Assembly (NCBI GenBank): GCA_002938195.1
Contig: PTKX01000001.1
Span: 41,878 to 105,877 of the forward strand
Source: Alphaproteobacteria bacterium MarineAlpha5_Bin7
GTDB taxonomy: Bacteria; Pseudomonadota; Alphaproteobacteria; HIMB59; GCA-002718135
Reading direction: 5' to 3'
Length of the DNA: 64,000 nucleotides
Made by a program: the position numbers and the translations under genes. Numbering within the stretch: the stretch's first letter is position 1; each line of letters starts with the position of its first letter. The notes beneath the pieces are model-generated. The model saw only the letters and a program-made list of their open reading frames with translations, did no database searches and had not been told where the DNA came from. Positions 48,374 to 58,259 of the stretch are shown here, in pieces.

Positions 48374-48976
48374 TTAAATTAAATTAATATTAAAACTTAT
48401 AACTATTCTTTCTTCATCTGATCTATTTAAATCAACTGAATGATATAAATAACTAGGAAATAAAGCAAGCAACCCTTCTTTTGGCTGAATCGTAAATATG
48501 TTCGAATTTAATTTATTTTGCTTTGATATTTTTGGATATCTGAAAGTAGTAACTGATCGAGGATCATGAAAAATTATGTCACCACAATCTTCAGGTGCTT
48601 TAACGTAATAAGCAGCACTTATATAGTTGTTAGAATGTATATGTCTCGAATTTGAGGCATTTTTTTTATTAATTATACTCCACATACTAGTAATTTTTAC
48701 TTCTTGATTATTTACATCCCAGCCCATATCTTGAAAAGCTTCGTTGAGACTAGAAGAAATAGAATTAATAAAATATTTTGGCACATCTGAATCTAGATCA
48801 AAATCTTCTGAATGCCATCCTAGCAAATTTGATTTAGTAATTCCGTCAGGATTTTTTACTTGGAGTTTTTGAATATATTCATATAATTTTGTATTCAACT
48901 CTTCATAATTAGGAATCAATGAAACCCATATCGGAGTTGAAAAGGCAAAATTTAATTCACTGCTTCTTTTTGTCAT
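48374..48976 (-). CDS. 2OG-Fe(II) oxygenase-like protein (TIGR02466-type family)
   Basis: 200 aa. Contains NLLGWHS, RHIHSNNYISAAYYV (His ligand region), LFPSYLYHSV (distal His) and RIVISFN, the double-stranded beta-helix oxygenase pattern. Confidence 0.6.
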   Translation of the reverse strand: MTKRSSELNFAFSTPIWVSLIPNYEELNTKLYEYIQKLQVKNPDGITKSNLLGWHSEDFDLDSDVPKYFINSISSSLNEAFQDMGWDVNNQEVKITSMWSIINKKNASNSRHIHSNNYISAAYYVKAPEDCGDIIFHDPRSVTTFRYPKISKQNKLNSNIFTIQPKEGLLALFPSYLYHSVDLNRSDEERIVISFNINLI

Positions 48977-49002
48977 TCAATGATCTTATAATATATTTAC
49001 TT

Positions 49003-50118
49003 CTATTTGAAAAACAATTTAGTTGCTTTTTCAAAAGTATTAATAATATGATTGAATTCCTTATGATTTAGTTCTGGATATAGTGGTGGACAAATATGAA
49101 ACTTAGAGAAATGATTTGCATTGGGAAAATTGCTATTCTTAAAATTTTTTTTGTAAAAAGGTTGTAAATGAATTGGGTATTTCCAAACTTCACTTGTTAA
49201 GATAATTTTATTTTTTTTAAAAAAACTTCTTAATAAATTATTATTAACCTTAGTTTTAATAATCTGTTTGTAATGAGAACAAAGGCCTTTTGACTGATTT
49301 ACAGTCCAAAAATATTCATTATCTTTAAAATATTCATTATATTTTTTAGCTATATCATTTCTTTTTTTAATTCTTTTTTTAACTCTTTTTAAATCCATAA
49401 AACCCATTAAACCTTGGAACTCTGACATTTTATAATTATGACCATCATATATTTGAAATTTAATATCGTTATTATCTCTTCCAAAGTTTTTTAAGGATTT
49501 CATCATATTTAAATATTTGTTAGTATTTGTTGTTACCATTCCTCCTTCGCCAGTAGTCATCACTTTTGTTGGAAAAAAACTAAAACATGCTATATCTCCA
49601 ATAGTACCTGCTCTATAATTACCATAGTATGATCCATGTGCATGGGCTGCATCTTCAATTAAAGGCACTTTATAATGCTTACAAATTTCAATAATATTTT
49701 TAATATTTTTTGAAATTATTCCACCTACATGCACAATACATACGGCTCCAATATTTTTGTTTATTTTTTTTTCTAAATCTTCAGGACAGATACTAAAAGT
49801 ATCATTTTCAATATCGCATAATTGTATTTGAGCGTTTGAGCGTGTGACCGCAACAGCAGTGCCAAAAAAAGTATTAGTGGGTATAATAATTTTTTTTCTT
49901 CTAGGATTTACTGCTCTAAATGCAATTTCAAGTGCAGCAGTTCCTGAACTCACTGCTAAAGCATATTTTGAATTAATAAATTTAGCAAAATTATACTCAA
50001 ATTTTTCTACAAAATTTCCCTCAGATAATGAATCTGAATTCAGTATAGATCGAATACCCTTTTGATATTCTTTGATAAAGTTTTTTTCAAACTCTAGTTT
50101 ATAAATAGGTACCTTCAT
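49003..50118 (-). CDS. DegT/DnrJ/EryC1/StrS-family PLP aminotransferase (GDP-perosamine-synthase-like by context)
   Basis: SSGTAALEIA, IEDAAHAHGS and FSFFPTKVMTTGEGGMV (PLP lysine) motifs. 371 aa. Immediately downstream of gmd and fcl. Confidence 0.85.
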   Translation of the reverse strand: MKVPIYKLEFEKNFIKEYQKGIRSILNSDSLSEGNFVEKFEYNFAKFINSKYALAVSSGTAALEIAFRAVNPRRKKIIIPTNTFFGTAVAVTRSNAQIQLCDIENDTFSICPEDLEKKINKNIGAVCIVHVGGIISKNIKNIIEICKHYKVPLIEDAAHAHGSYYGNYRAGTIGDIACFSFFPTKVMTTGEGGMVTTNTNKYLNMMKSLKNFGRDNNDIKFQIYDGHNYKMSEFQGLMGFMDLKRVKKRIKKRNDIAKKYNEYFKDNEYFWTVNQSKGLCSHYKQIIKTKVNNNLLRSFFKKNKIILTSEVWKYPIHLQPFYKKNFKNSNFPNANHFSKFHICPPLYPELNHKEFNHIINTFEKATKLFFK

Positions 50119-50143
50119 AAAATCTTTTTATTAATATAAAGAA

Positions 50144-51100
50144 TTATAAGTTTTGTTTGAACCAATCATATGTAATTTTTAACCCTTTATCTAAAGATGT
50201 TTTTGGCCCCCATCCTAATGATTTAATATTTGAAATATCTAATAGTTTTTTTGGAGTTCCATCTGGCATGGAAAGATCATAGCAAATTTCCTTATCAAAA
50301 TCAGTTAATTTAGCAATCTTATTAACAAGATCTTTAATTTTAATTTCTTCTCCATAACCAACATTTAAAAACATTGACCCTAATTTAGAAAAAACATTAT
50401 TCAGTTCAGATCTGTCTATTTTTATAAGATGCATTATGGCATCAATCAAATCATCAATGTACAAAAATTCTCTTTTTGGGTTTCCAGACCCCCAAACATC
50501 TACTTTTTTTTCGTTATTTATTTTCGCAAAATGAAATTTTGATATAAGCGCAGGAATTACATGGTTTAAATTTGAATCAAAATGATCATTAGGTCCATAA
50601 AGATTTGAAGGCATTATACTAAAATAATTAAGACCAAACTGTTTTGAAATTGATTCACATAAATTTATTCCTGCAATTTTTGCTATTGCATAAGATTTAT
50701 TAGTTTCTTCTAATTTACCAGACATTAACATATTTTCTTTCATAGGCTGCTCACAATTTCTTGGATAAATGCATGAGCTGCCCAAGAAAATTAAATTTTT
50801 AATATTAGCTTCTTTGCATGAGAAAATAATATTATTTTGTATAGTTAAATTTTCATATAAAAAATCAGCCGGGTATTTAGAATTAGCTAAAATACCGCCC
50901 ACCTTTGCAGCAACTAAAATTACTAATTCAGGTTTATTATTTTTAATAAAATCTTCAGTTTTTTTTTGATTTAATAAATCTAATTGATCTCTAGTAGCAG
51001 TGATGAGTTTATTAAAACCTTCAGTTTTTAGCCTTTTGTATAAAGCCGAACCAACCATGCCAGTGTGACCAGCAATATAAATTTTAGAATCATGGTTCAT
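50144..51100 (-). CDS. fcl: GDP-L-fucose synthase (GDP-4-keto-6-deoxymannose 3,5-epimerase/4-reductase)
   Basis: KIYIAGHTGMVGSAL, GSSCIYP and YAIAKIAG (YxxxK) motifs. 318 aa. Follows gmd. Confidence 0.9.
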   Translation of the reverse strand: MNHDSKIYIAGHTGMVGSALYKRLKTEGFNKLITATRDQLDLLNQKKTEDFIKNNKPELVILVAAKVGGILANSKYPADFLYENLTIQNNIIFSCKEANIKNLIFLGSSCIYPRNCEQPMKENMLMSGKLEETNKSYAIAKIAGINLCESISKQFGLNYFSIMPSNLYGPNDHFDSNLNHVIPALISKFHFAKINNEKKVDVWGSGNPKREFLYIDDLIDAIMHLIKIDRSELNNVFSKLGSMFLNVGYGEEIKIKDLVNKIAKLTDFDKEICYDLSMPDGTPKKLLDISNIKSLGWGPKTSLDKGLKITYDWFKQNL

Positions 51101-51118
51101 TTATTTTTTTAATTAACA

Positions 51119-52189
51119 TTATGTATATCCATGATCAAATATAATTTTCTCCTTTTTTGCAATTGCAAAATCACATTCAATCATTTCTTTTACCATTTCA
51201 TCAAAAGATATTTTAGGTTTCCATCCAAGATTATTTTTTGCTTTTGTTGGATCTCCAAGTAAGTCGTTAACATCGGTAGGTCTAAAATATAAACTATCTA
51301 TTTGTATTATTTTTTTATTGTTTTTAATATTAACTGCATGTTCGCCCTTACCCTCTCCTCTCCATTCAATTTCTAAATCTAAATACTCTATACATTTATT
51401 AACAAAATCTTTAACACTTCTATGTTTGCCTGAAGCTATAACATAGTCATCAGGTTTTTCTTGTTGCAACATCATCCATTGCATTTCAACATAATCTTTA
51501 GCATGGCCCCAGTCTCTTTTTGAATCTAAGTTTCCTAAATATAAACAGTCCTGCAAGCCTAAACAAATTCTTGTTAATGCTCTAGTAATTTTTCTTGTAA
51601 CAAATGTTTCTCCTCGTAATGGAGATTCGTGATTAAATAATATTCCATTACAAGCAAATAAATTATAAGCTTCTCTGTAATTGATAGTAATCCAATATGC
51701 ATAAAGTTTTGCAACGGCATAAGGAGATCTTGGTGCAAAAGGAGTTTTTTCATTTTGCGGACTTTCTATTGAATTACCATACATTTCTGATGTAGCTGCT
51801 TGATAAAATTTACATTTTTCAATTTGACCCGTAGCTCTAATAGCTTCAAGCAATCTTAAAGTACCCAGTGCATCAACTTGAGAAGTATAGTCAGGGACAT
51901 CAAATGAAACATGTACATGACTTTGAGCGCCAAGATTGTAGATTTCATCAGGTTTAATTTGCTCCAATATATTTACTAAAGAAAGTGGATCAGTTAAATC
52001 TCCATAATGAGCAAAAAATTTTTTATCTTTTTTAAAATGGTCTTCATAAAGATGATCAATTCTTTGAGTATTAAATAGTGAGCTACGTCTTTTAATTCCG
52101 TGAATAATATATCCTTTATTTAAAAGAAATTCTGCTAAATAAGAGCCGTCTTGTCCTGTGACGCCTGTAATTAATGCAATTTTACTCAT
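51119..52189 (-). CDS. gmd: GDP-mannose 4,6-dehydratase
   Basis: [26 protein letters not shown] and [10 protein letters not shown] motifs. 356 aa. Confidence 0.96.
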   Translation of the reverse strand: MSKIALITGVTGQDGSYLAEFLLNKGYIIHGIKRRSSLFNTQRIDHLYEDHFKKDKKFFAHYGDLTDPLSLVNILEQIKPDEIYNLGAQSHVHVSFDVPDYTSQVDALGTLRLLEAIRATGQIEKCKFYQAATSEMYGNSIESPQNEKTPFAPRSPYAVAKLYAYWITINYREAYNLFACNGILFNHESPLRGETFVTRKITRALTRICLGLQDCLYLGNLDSKRDWGHAKDYVEMQWMMLQQEKPDDYVIASGKHRSVKDFVNKCIEYLDLEIEWRGEGKGEHAVNIKNNKKIIQIDSLYFRPTDVNDLLGDPTKAKNNLGWKPKISFDEMVKEMIECDFAIAKKEKIIFDHGYT

Positions 52190-53190
52190 TGTGTAATCAT
52201 TTTTATATCTTTAAGCCAACAATCTAATAATTTTAATTCTTTATAATTTAATAAATTTTCTTTACAAAACAACTTATAACATTTTACAAGATTATACGCC
52301 AAGTTCCCAGTTCCTTTTCTTAGCTTTAATTTGCTTAAATTTTTAGCAATAGCATCATTATTTAAATAACCAGGAATTTCATCATTAAAGTCTTTCATTA
52401 TATTATGATCATTTCTTTTATGTATGACTGTCGAATTTGAATGTAAAATACTCCAATTATTTTCCCAACAAATTCTTTGTGCAATCAAGCTACGCCATAT
52501 ATCTGCCATCCTAAAAGAAGCATAAGCAGGAAGATACATCAAAGGATACGCTTCTTTATGCCAAACAGTATTTTGACTATTGAAAGGGCACCAAGAATTT
52601 TTGCTTAATGCAATATCTTTTGATTTTTTAAAATTAAATGGAATTTTTTTTATTAATCTAAATACTGCATCAACATCTGGATTTTCATCACAAAGTCTTT
52701 GGTTTATTGGAGAATGCTCAATTTTTTTATTTAATTTTGAACTTTCTATTTTATTTTTTTGTATTTCAGATAAAGGAAAACCTCTTGGCCATATTTGTTT
52801 GTTTGAGAAGTAGCTGTAAATATTAACCCAGCCACCATTTCTAATTGTATATACATTTTTTTTTATTGGTTTTAATGAATAAAAAGAGTCTAGAAGCTCA
52901 TTATCATCATCTGTTTCATAAATAATATTAGCATCTTTTTTCATAGCATATAAGTAGCCTATGTTTTTCCTTGCATAACTGTTTTCTGGGCAAAGAGATG
53001 CATAAGAAATATTTTGTTTTTTTTGATTTTTTAAAGATAAAAAAATAGTATTTTTTAATTTAAAATTATTTGGAGATTTTCTATCTCCAACAACTATTAA
53101 ACTTACTGAGTGCTCCAAAGATTTTTTTGATATTTGTTTTAAGAGAGCACTGGGTTTGTCAATTGAGGTAATTACTAAAAATTTTTTCAT
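52186..53190 (-). CDS. STELLO/DUF288-like putative glycosyltransferase
   Basis: [16 protein letters not shown]...[10 protein letters not shown]...[26 protein letters not shown] resembles the DUF288 (STELLO) pattern as I remember it. 334 aa. Not verified by search. Confidence 0.45.
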   Translation of the reverse strand: MKKFLVITSIDKPSALLKQISKKSLEHSVSLIVVGDRKSPNNFKLKNTIFLSLKNQKKQNISYASLCPENSYARKNIGYLYAMKKDANIIYETDDDNELLDSFYSLKPIKKNVYTIRNGGWVNIYSYFSNKQIWPRGFPLSEIQKNKIESSKLNKKIEHSPINQRLCDENPDVDAVFRLIKKIPFNFKKSKDIALSKNSWCPFNSQNTVWHKEAYPLMYLPAYASFRMADIWRSLIAQRICWENNWSILHSNSTVIHKRNDHNIMKDFNDEIPGYLNNDAIAKNLSKLKLRKGTGNLAYNLVKCYKLFCKENLLNYKELKLLDCWLKDIKMITQ

Positions 53191-53209
53191 TAATCAGAGA
53201 TTTTTCTAG

Positions 53210-53938
53210 TTAATATATTTTTCTAGTTCTACATTCAATAAGTGTTTTTATATATTTTAATTTATTAAAGAAATTGTTTCTTGATATTCCTTCATTTCTT
53301 TTTACAAAATTGTATGGAATCTCCTTAATTCTACAACCTTTTCTTAGAGGTATAAGGATTGATTCTAGAGCAAAACTTTGGTTAAGATATTTAAAATTAA
53401 TTTGCTTCATCATGCTTGAAGAATACAAGCGATAATTTACGGTATAATCAGTTAAATTTGAAAAAAATAATAGTGATGTAGTTTTTTGAAATATCCAATT
53501 AAAAATGAAATTCAAAAAACCATATTCATTTAGCCAATTTTTTGACTTCCATCTTGAACACGAAATAATATCATATTTTGAATTATCAATGTTTTTTATT
53601 AAATTTTTAATTTCCTTAGGATCAGTTTCTCCATCAGCATCGCATAATACAAAATGAGTAGTTTCTATCAATCCAATTCCAAAAATTGAAGCACCTCCGT
53701 ATCCAGGCAGTTGTTTTGGCTGAAATTTATGTATTAAAATATTTATATATATTTTTTTTAACTTTTCTATAGTTTTTAAACAGCCTTTGCTTGTATCTTT
53801 AGGCGTTATAATAAATATTTTATTAATATAAAAATTATTTTCATTTAAAATTGTTTCAACAGTCTTATGCAGAGCCTTTTCTTCATTTGTAGCTAAGATT
53901 ATTACTGATATTTGTTTTTCTAAATGTTCTTTGTTCAC
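53210..53938 (-). CDS. Family 2 glycosyltransferase (polyprenol-phosphate sugar transferase-like)
   Basis: SVIILATNEE N-terminus and CDADGETDP DxD region. 242 aa. Confidence 0.8.
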   Translation of the reverse strand: MNKEHLEKQISVIILATNEEKALHKTVETILNENNFYINKIFIITPKDTSKGCLKTIEKLKKIYINILIHKFQPKQLPGYGGASIFGIGLIETTHFVLCDADGETDPKEIKNLIKNIDNSKYDIISCSRWKSKNWLNEYGFLNFIFNWIFQKTTSLLFFSNLTDYTVNYRLYSSSMMKQINFKYLNQSFALESILIPLRKGCRIKEIPYNFVKRNEGISRNNFFNKLKYIKTLIECRTRKIY

Positions 53939-53942
53939 TGTA

Positions 53943-54971
53943 TCAAACTATGGCAGCTCTAAAAATATTTTTTTTATATTTATCGTTTAATTCAAATGCT
54001 GTTTGAATTTCTTCTAAATTAAATTTATGAGTTATTAAATTTTTTAAAGGTAACTTATTTTTTTTATGGAATTTAATACAATCTTTGTAATTTATATTTG
54101 ATCTTCTCACATTAATTAAACTAATTTCTTTTATTCTAAGAATATGAGGATTTATTTTTATAAAGTCTTGCTCAGGTATTCCTACAATGACAATTTTTCC
54201 AGCAGGTCTTATAAAATGATTACAAAGATTAAAACTTGAGTTATTAGTTATACAATCGAAAATTATATCAAATTTATTACTTAAATAACTATTTCTACTG
54301 TCTTTTATAATTTTAGTTGTGCTTCCTTTAATTATTTCTAATGGTTTAAAAAATTTGTTTGCATGATTTAAGCGGTAACCTAGTTTATCTATAATTGTTA
54401 TATTTTTATTTGTTTTTTGGATTGCTGCAGATAGCAAAGAGCCTATTCCTCCAGCACCTAAAATTAGTATTTTTTTATTTTTAATATCTACTTTATTTAT
54501 TGCATGTAAAACTACACTTAAGGGTTCTATCATTGCAGCTTCATCAGGATTTAAGTGATTCACTTCAAAGACTTGAGATTTGTGTAAAACTAAAAATTCT
54601 CTAAAAGCTCCTATTTGAGGTGAAGTACCTAAATATCTTTGCTCAGGACAAAGATTTCTTGGAAGACCTTGATGTTTACAGTTAGGCTTATCTATGCAAC
54701 TATGAAGCGGATCTATTGCCACTAAACTTCCTTCTCTAATTTTTGTTTTATTAGAATCTACGACTATACCTGAACATTCATGTCCAAGAGAGACAGGAAG
54801 TTTTAATTTGTGAGTACCCAAGCCAGCATTCCTAAATAGATGAAGATCGGATCCACATATCGCAGCTGCAGCCGTTTTGACTAAAACAAAATCTTTACCT
54901 AATTTACCAATATTTTCATTAGCAAGATCAAATTTTCTTTCCTTAGTTAGATAAGCTATTTTGTTTTTCAT
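53943..54971 (-). CDS. Zinc-dependent medium-chain alcohol/polyol dehydrogenase
   Basis: AAAICGSDLH, GHECSGIV and LGAGGIGSL motifs. 342 aa. Confidence 0.8.
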   Translation of the reverse strand: MKNKIAYLTKERKFDLANENIGKLGKDFVLVKTAAAAICGSDLHLFRNAGLGTHKLKLPVSLGHECSGIVVDSNKTKIREGSLVAIDPLHSCIDKPNCKHQGLPRNLCPEQRYLGTSPQIGAFREFLVLHKSQVFEVNHLNPDEAAMIEPLSVVLHAINKVDIKNKKILILGAGGIGSLLSAAIQKTNKNITIIDKLGYRLNHANKFFKPLEIIKGSTTKIIKDSRNSYLSNKFDIIFDCITNNSSFNLCNHFIRPAGKIVIVGIPEQDFIKINPHILRIKEISLINVRRSNINYKDCIKFHKKNKLPLKNLITHKFNLEEIQTAFELNDKYKKNIFRAAIV

Positions 54972-55083
54972 TTAATTGTTTTACTTTTTTAGACCATAAA
55001 ATCAATAAACTATTTTTATTTATTTATTTCTATATAATCATTTATTGCAAATAATCTTTATTCTTATAATCATTAGCAATAAT

Positions 55084-55533
55084 ATGAAAAACTTATCTAT
55101 TGAATTAAATTGGACTCTTGGAGACGGGGAGTTAACTTATGGTAAATACGATACTGAGCATAAAATAAAAATTAATGATGATATTACATTAAATGCTGGT
55201 TCAGCAGTAGAGTATGGAGGTAATGCAAAAAATCTAAATCCAGAACAAGCTCTTGCAGTCGCAATGAGTAGTTGTCACATGATGACATTTTTAGCATTAG
55301 CTGCAAAGATGAAGTGGCCAGTTATAACATATAAGGATAAAGTAGTTGCATATTTGGGAAAAAATTCAAAAGGAAAAATGAGCGTTAATAAAATAGAATT
55401 AAATCCAAAAATTACTTTTGCAACTAATTTTTCAGTATCAAATAAAGAAATGAAAACAATGCAAGATAGATCTCACAGGTATTGCTTTATTGCTAATTCT
55501 TTATCAGAAGAAGTAGAAATAATAATAAATTAA
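55084..55533 (+). CDS. OsmC/Ohr-family protein
   Basis: Two conserved Cys contexts (AMSSCHMMTF and HRYCFIANS). Start is taken at ATG 55084. The track's TTG at 55045 adds 13 hydrophobic residues with no support. Confidence 0.8.
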   Translation: MKNLSIELNWTLGDGELTYGKYDTEHKIKINDDITLNAGSAVEYGGNAKNLNPEQALAVAMSSCHMMTFLALAAKMKWPVITYKDKVVAYLGKNSKGKMSVNKIELNPKITFATNFSVSNKEMKTMQDRSHRYCFIANSLSEEVEIIIN

Positions 55534-55534
55534 T

Positions 55535-56326
55535 ATGAAAAATAATTTAGTTAAGTCAGAATTAATTAATACAATTTTACATCTAACTTTAAATGATCAA
55601 GAACATCAAAATACTCTTAGCGATCAAATGATCATTGAGCTTGATAGTAAATTTAAAGAAGCTTCAGAAGATAAAAAAGTTAAAGTGATAATTCTTTCGT
55701 CTACTGGTAAAGTTTTTTGCGCTGGCCATAATTTGAAAGATTTAAATTCTAAAAGAACAGAATCAGATAAGGGAAAAGGTTATTATCAAAAAATTTTTAG
55801 AAGCTGCTCTGACTTAATGATAAATATTATTGAAAATCGAAAACCAATAATTGCCGCAATAGACGGTATTGCAACGGCGGCAGGTTGCCAGTTGATTGCT
55901 AGCTGTGATCTTGCTTATGCGAGTACTAGGTCGCAGTTTGCAACACCGGGTGTTAATATCGGTTTATTTTGCTCCACCCCAATGGTGGCACTTTCTCGCA
56001 CTGTTAGTAAAAAATCAGCAATGGAAATGTTGTTAACAGGAGAATTAATTAATGCAAAGAAAGCTTATGAAATTGGTCTTATAAACAATTTTTTTAATTC
56101 AGAAGAGTTAATGAATAAAGTTTTTGAACAAGCAGAAAAAATTGGTTCTAAATCAATGAAAACTCTAAAAATTGGTAAAAAAGCATTTTATAAGCAACGT
56201 GAAATGTCATTAGAAGACGCTTATAGCTATACCTCGTCAGTTATGCTTGAAAATATGTTAGAAAAAGATTCAGAGGAAGGTATTAAAGCTTTTTTAGAAA
56301 AAAGAAAACCTAATTGGGAAAATTAA
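55535..56326 (+). CDS. Enoyl-CoA hydratase/isomerase (crotonase) family protein
   Basis: VFCAGHNLKD, IAAIDGIATAAGCQLIASCDL and EGIKAFLEKRKPNW motifs. 263 aa. Confidence 0.85.
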   Translation: MKNNLVKSELINTILHLTLNDQEHQNTLSDQMIIELDSKFKEASEDKKVKVIILSSTGKVFCAGHNLKDLNSKRTESDKGKGYYQKIFRSCSDLMINIIENRKPIIAAIDGIATAAGCQLIASCDLAYASTRSQFATPGVNIGLFCSTPMVALSRTVSKKSAMEMLLTGELINAKKAYEIGLINNFFNSEELMNKVFEQAEKIGSKSMKTLKIGKKAFYKQREMSLEDAYSYTSSVMLENMLEKDSEEGIKAFLEKRKPNWEN

Positions 56327-56330
56327 TTTT

Positions 56331-57224
56331 TTAAAAATTTTTTTTTATTACCTCTAAAGTTCTGGTAGAAACATATATATTATTTAAGTTTTCTGTATAA
56401 ATTCCTTTTTTAATACTTTCATTTAATTGATCGAGAAGATTTTCAATTGGGGTATTTTTTGAGTTTAGTATTAATTTCTTATTAATGAATATTTTATGAG
56501 TATTAAAATCATTTGTGAAAATGTCACCATTTTTTAGGATAATTTTCAATATTCTAATTCTTTTTTTAAAATAATTACCAGTAACAACTTTTACATTTAT
56601 TTTTGAGTTAAAAAAAAAATCAAATCTAGATACATTATAATTGTCTTTATTAGTTTTGATAATTAAATGTTTTACTTTTTTTAGTTCTTTATTTTTAAAA
56701 AGTTTTAAAATGTAGGCAATAGAATGTGAGCCCCAATCTAATATTGGATGACAATTATCTCTTACCGGACCTAAATCACCTTCATAAATTAAAATTTTTT
56801 GAATTATTTTTTCATTTTTTATAAAATATTTTTTAGTATAATCAAAAGTATCAGAATATATATTTGGTAAATTTATAAAAATATTAAGTTTATATTTTTT
56901 AACATATTCATATATTTTTAATGCTTCATCTAAAGTATTTGCTATGGGTTTTTCTAGTATAGTTGGTAGTTTTATTTCTTTTATTTTATCAAATACCTCT
57001 ACGTTTGTTTTGGGATTTTTTGCAACATACAAACAATCTAAATTTTCTACTTCCAACATTTTTTTTAAATTTTTATATGTACTTATATTGGAAATATTTT
57101 CCAGTTGATCGTTTTTTTGAGAGCAAACAATACTTTTAAGTTTAAAATCTTTGTGCTTTTCAATTTCGTCGGCTACTTTTTTTCCCCATTTACCACAACC
57201 TACCATTCCTATATTGAGAGTCAT
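56331..57224 (-). CDS. Gfo/Idh/MocA-family NAD(P)-dependent oxidoreductase
   Basis: IGMVGCGKWGKK Rossmann N-terminus and EKPIANTLDEA motif. 297 aa. Confidence 0.7.
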   Translation of the reverse strand: MTLNIGMVGCGKWGKKVADEIEKHKDFKLKSIVCSQKNDQLENISNISTYKNLKKMLEVENLDCLYVAKNPKTNVEVFDKIKEIKLPTILEKPIANTLDEALKIYEYVKKYKLNIFINLPNIYSDTFDYTKKYFIKNEKIIQKILIYEGDLGPVRDNCHPILDWGSHSIAYILKLFKNKELKKVKHLIIKTNKDNYNVSRFDFFFNSKINVKVVTGNYFKKRIRILKIILKNGDIFTNDFNTHKIFINKKLILNSKNTPIENLLDQLNESIKKGIYTENLNNIYVSTRTLEVIKKNF

Positions 57225-57227
57225 ATT

Positions 57228-58259
57228 TTAAAATTTATAATTTTTCTCTGCCCATTTAAGATATTTTTTTAGGCCTTCTTCCAATGTAACTTTTGGTTGA
57301 TAATTCAGATGTTTCTTAGCTTTATTGATATCGGGGCATCTTCTTAAAGGTTCATCACTTGGATATGATTTTGGGTACGATATGATTTTTGATCTAATTT
57401 TTTTATTGTGTATTCTTTTTAAGATTGAAATTATTTTTTTTACAGAAATTTCAGGTTTATTATTTCCTATGTTGTAAGCAGTTCCTGAATATCCCAATAC
57501 AATAACCCTTATAAAACCTTCTATAGCATCAGTAATATAACAATATGTCCTTGTTTGATTTCCAGATCCATAAATATATAATTGTTTGTTGTTTAAAATA
57601 TTGCTAATGAAATTTGGAAATATTCTATAGTCTTTTTGTTTCATCCCAGGGCCATAAACATTAAATGGTCTTATAATGTTAGTATGTACGTTAAAGTAAT
57701 TATTATAAATATAACAAAAAGTTTCTCCCAATCTTTTGCTTTCATCATAACATGCTCTTGGTCCCATTGTACTAACATTGCCTCTATAATCTTCATTTGT
57801 AGGAACTTTTATCTTAGGAGGATCGCCATAGATTTCACTTGTACTAAAATAAATTAACTTTGATTTATTTTTTTTTGCTAAATTTAAACAATTTCTAATC
57901 CCTTGAATTGTAACATCAAGCGTTTCAATTGGTTTTTTTCTATAATAAAATGGACTGGCTATACCGGCAGCATGAATAATTATGTCAAATTTTTTTTTTA
58001 TATTAAAGGGTTTGCTAACATCTTTTTTAATAAGCTTGATGTGTTTAGTTATTTTATTTTTTTTAAAAGAATTATCTAATACAGTTAAATTTAAAGGTTT
58101 TCGTAAAGTTTCATTATATTTACTAAATATTTCTATAAAATACTTTCCCAAAAAACCATTGCCTCCTGTCAGTAAAATTGATTTATTTGAAAAGAATGAA
58201 CTGATATCACTTGTATTATCTAAAATCTTTATGATGTCACTTTCTAAAAAATATCTCAT
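57228..58259 (-). CDS. Extended-SDR NDP-sugar epimerase/dehydratase (UDP-glucuronate decarboxylase-like)
   Basis: ILLTGGNGFLGKYF, STSEIYG and YDESKRLGE (YxxxK) motifs. 343 aa. Confidence 0.85.
   Translation of the reverse strand: MRYFLESDIIKILDNTSDISSFFSNKSILLTGGNGFLGKYFIEIFSKYNETLRKPLNLTVLDNSFKKNKITKHIKLIKKDVSKPFNIKKKFDIIIHAAGIASPFYYRKKPIETLDVTIQGIRNCLNLAKKNKSKLIYFSTSEIYGDPPKIKVPTNEDYRGNVSTMGPRACYDESKRLGETFCYIYNNYFNVHTNIIRPFNVYGPGMKQKDYRIFPNFISNILNNKQLYIYGSGNQTRTYCYITDAIEGFIRVIVLGYSGTAYNIGNNKPEISVKKIISILKRIHNKKIRSKIISYPKSYPSDEPLRRCPDINKAKKHLNYQPKVTLEEGLKKYLKWAEKNYKF

Noticed and set aside
55045-55083. TTG-initiated 13-codon N-terminal extension of the OsmC-family ORF given in the track.
   Set aside because: The extension (MQIIFILIIISNN) precedes a normal ATG (55084) that aligns with the usual OsmC N-terminus. 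It is probably just open frame.
57990-57999. Homopolymeric T/A tracts of 9-10 nt inside surface-glycan genes (also 56338-56346) as possible phase-variation switches.
   Set aside because: Runs of this length encode Lys/Phe stretches throughout this extremely AT-rich genome, including in core genes. Nothing singles these tracts out.
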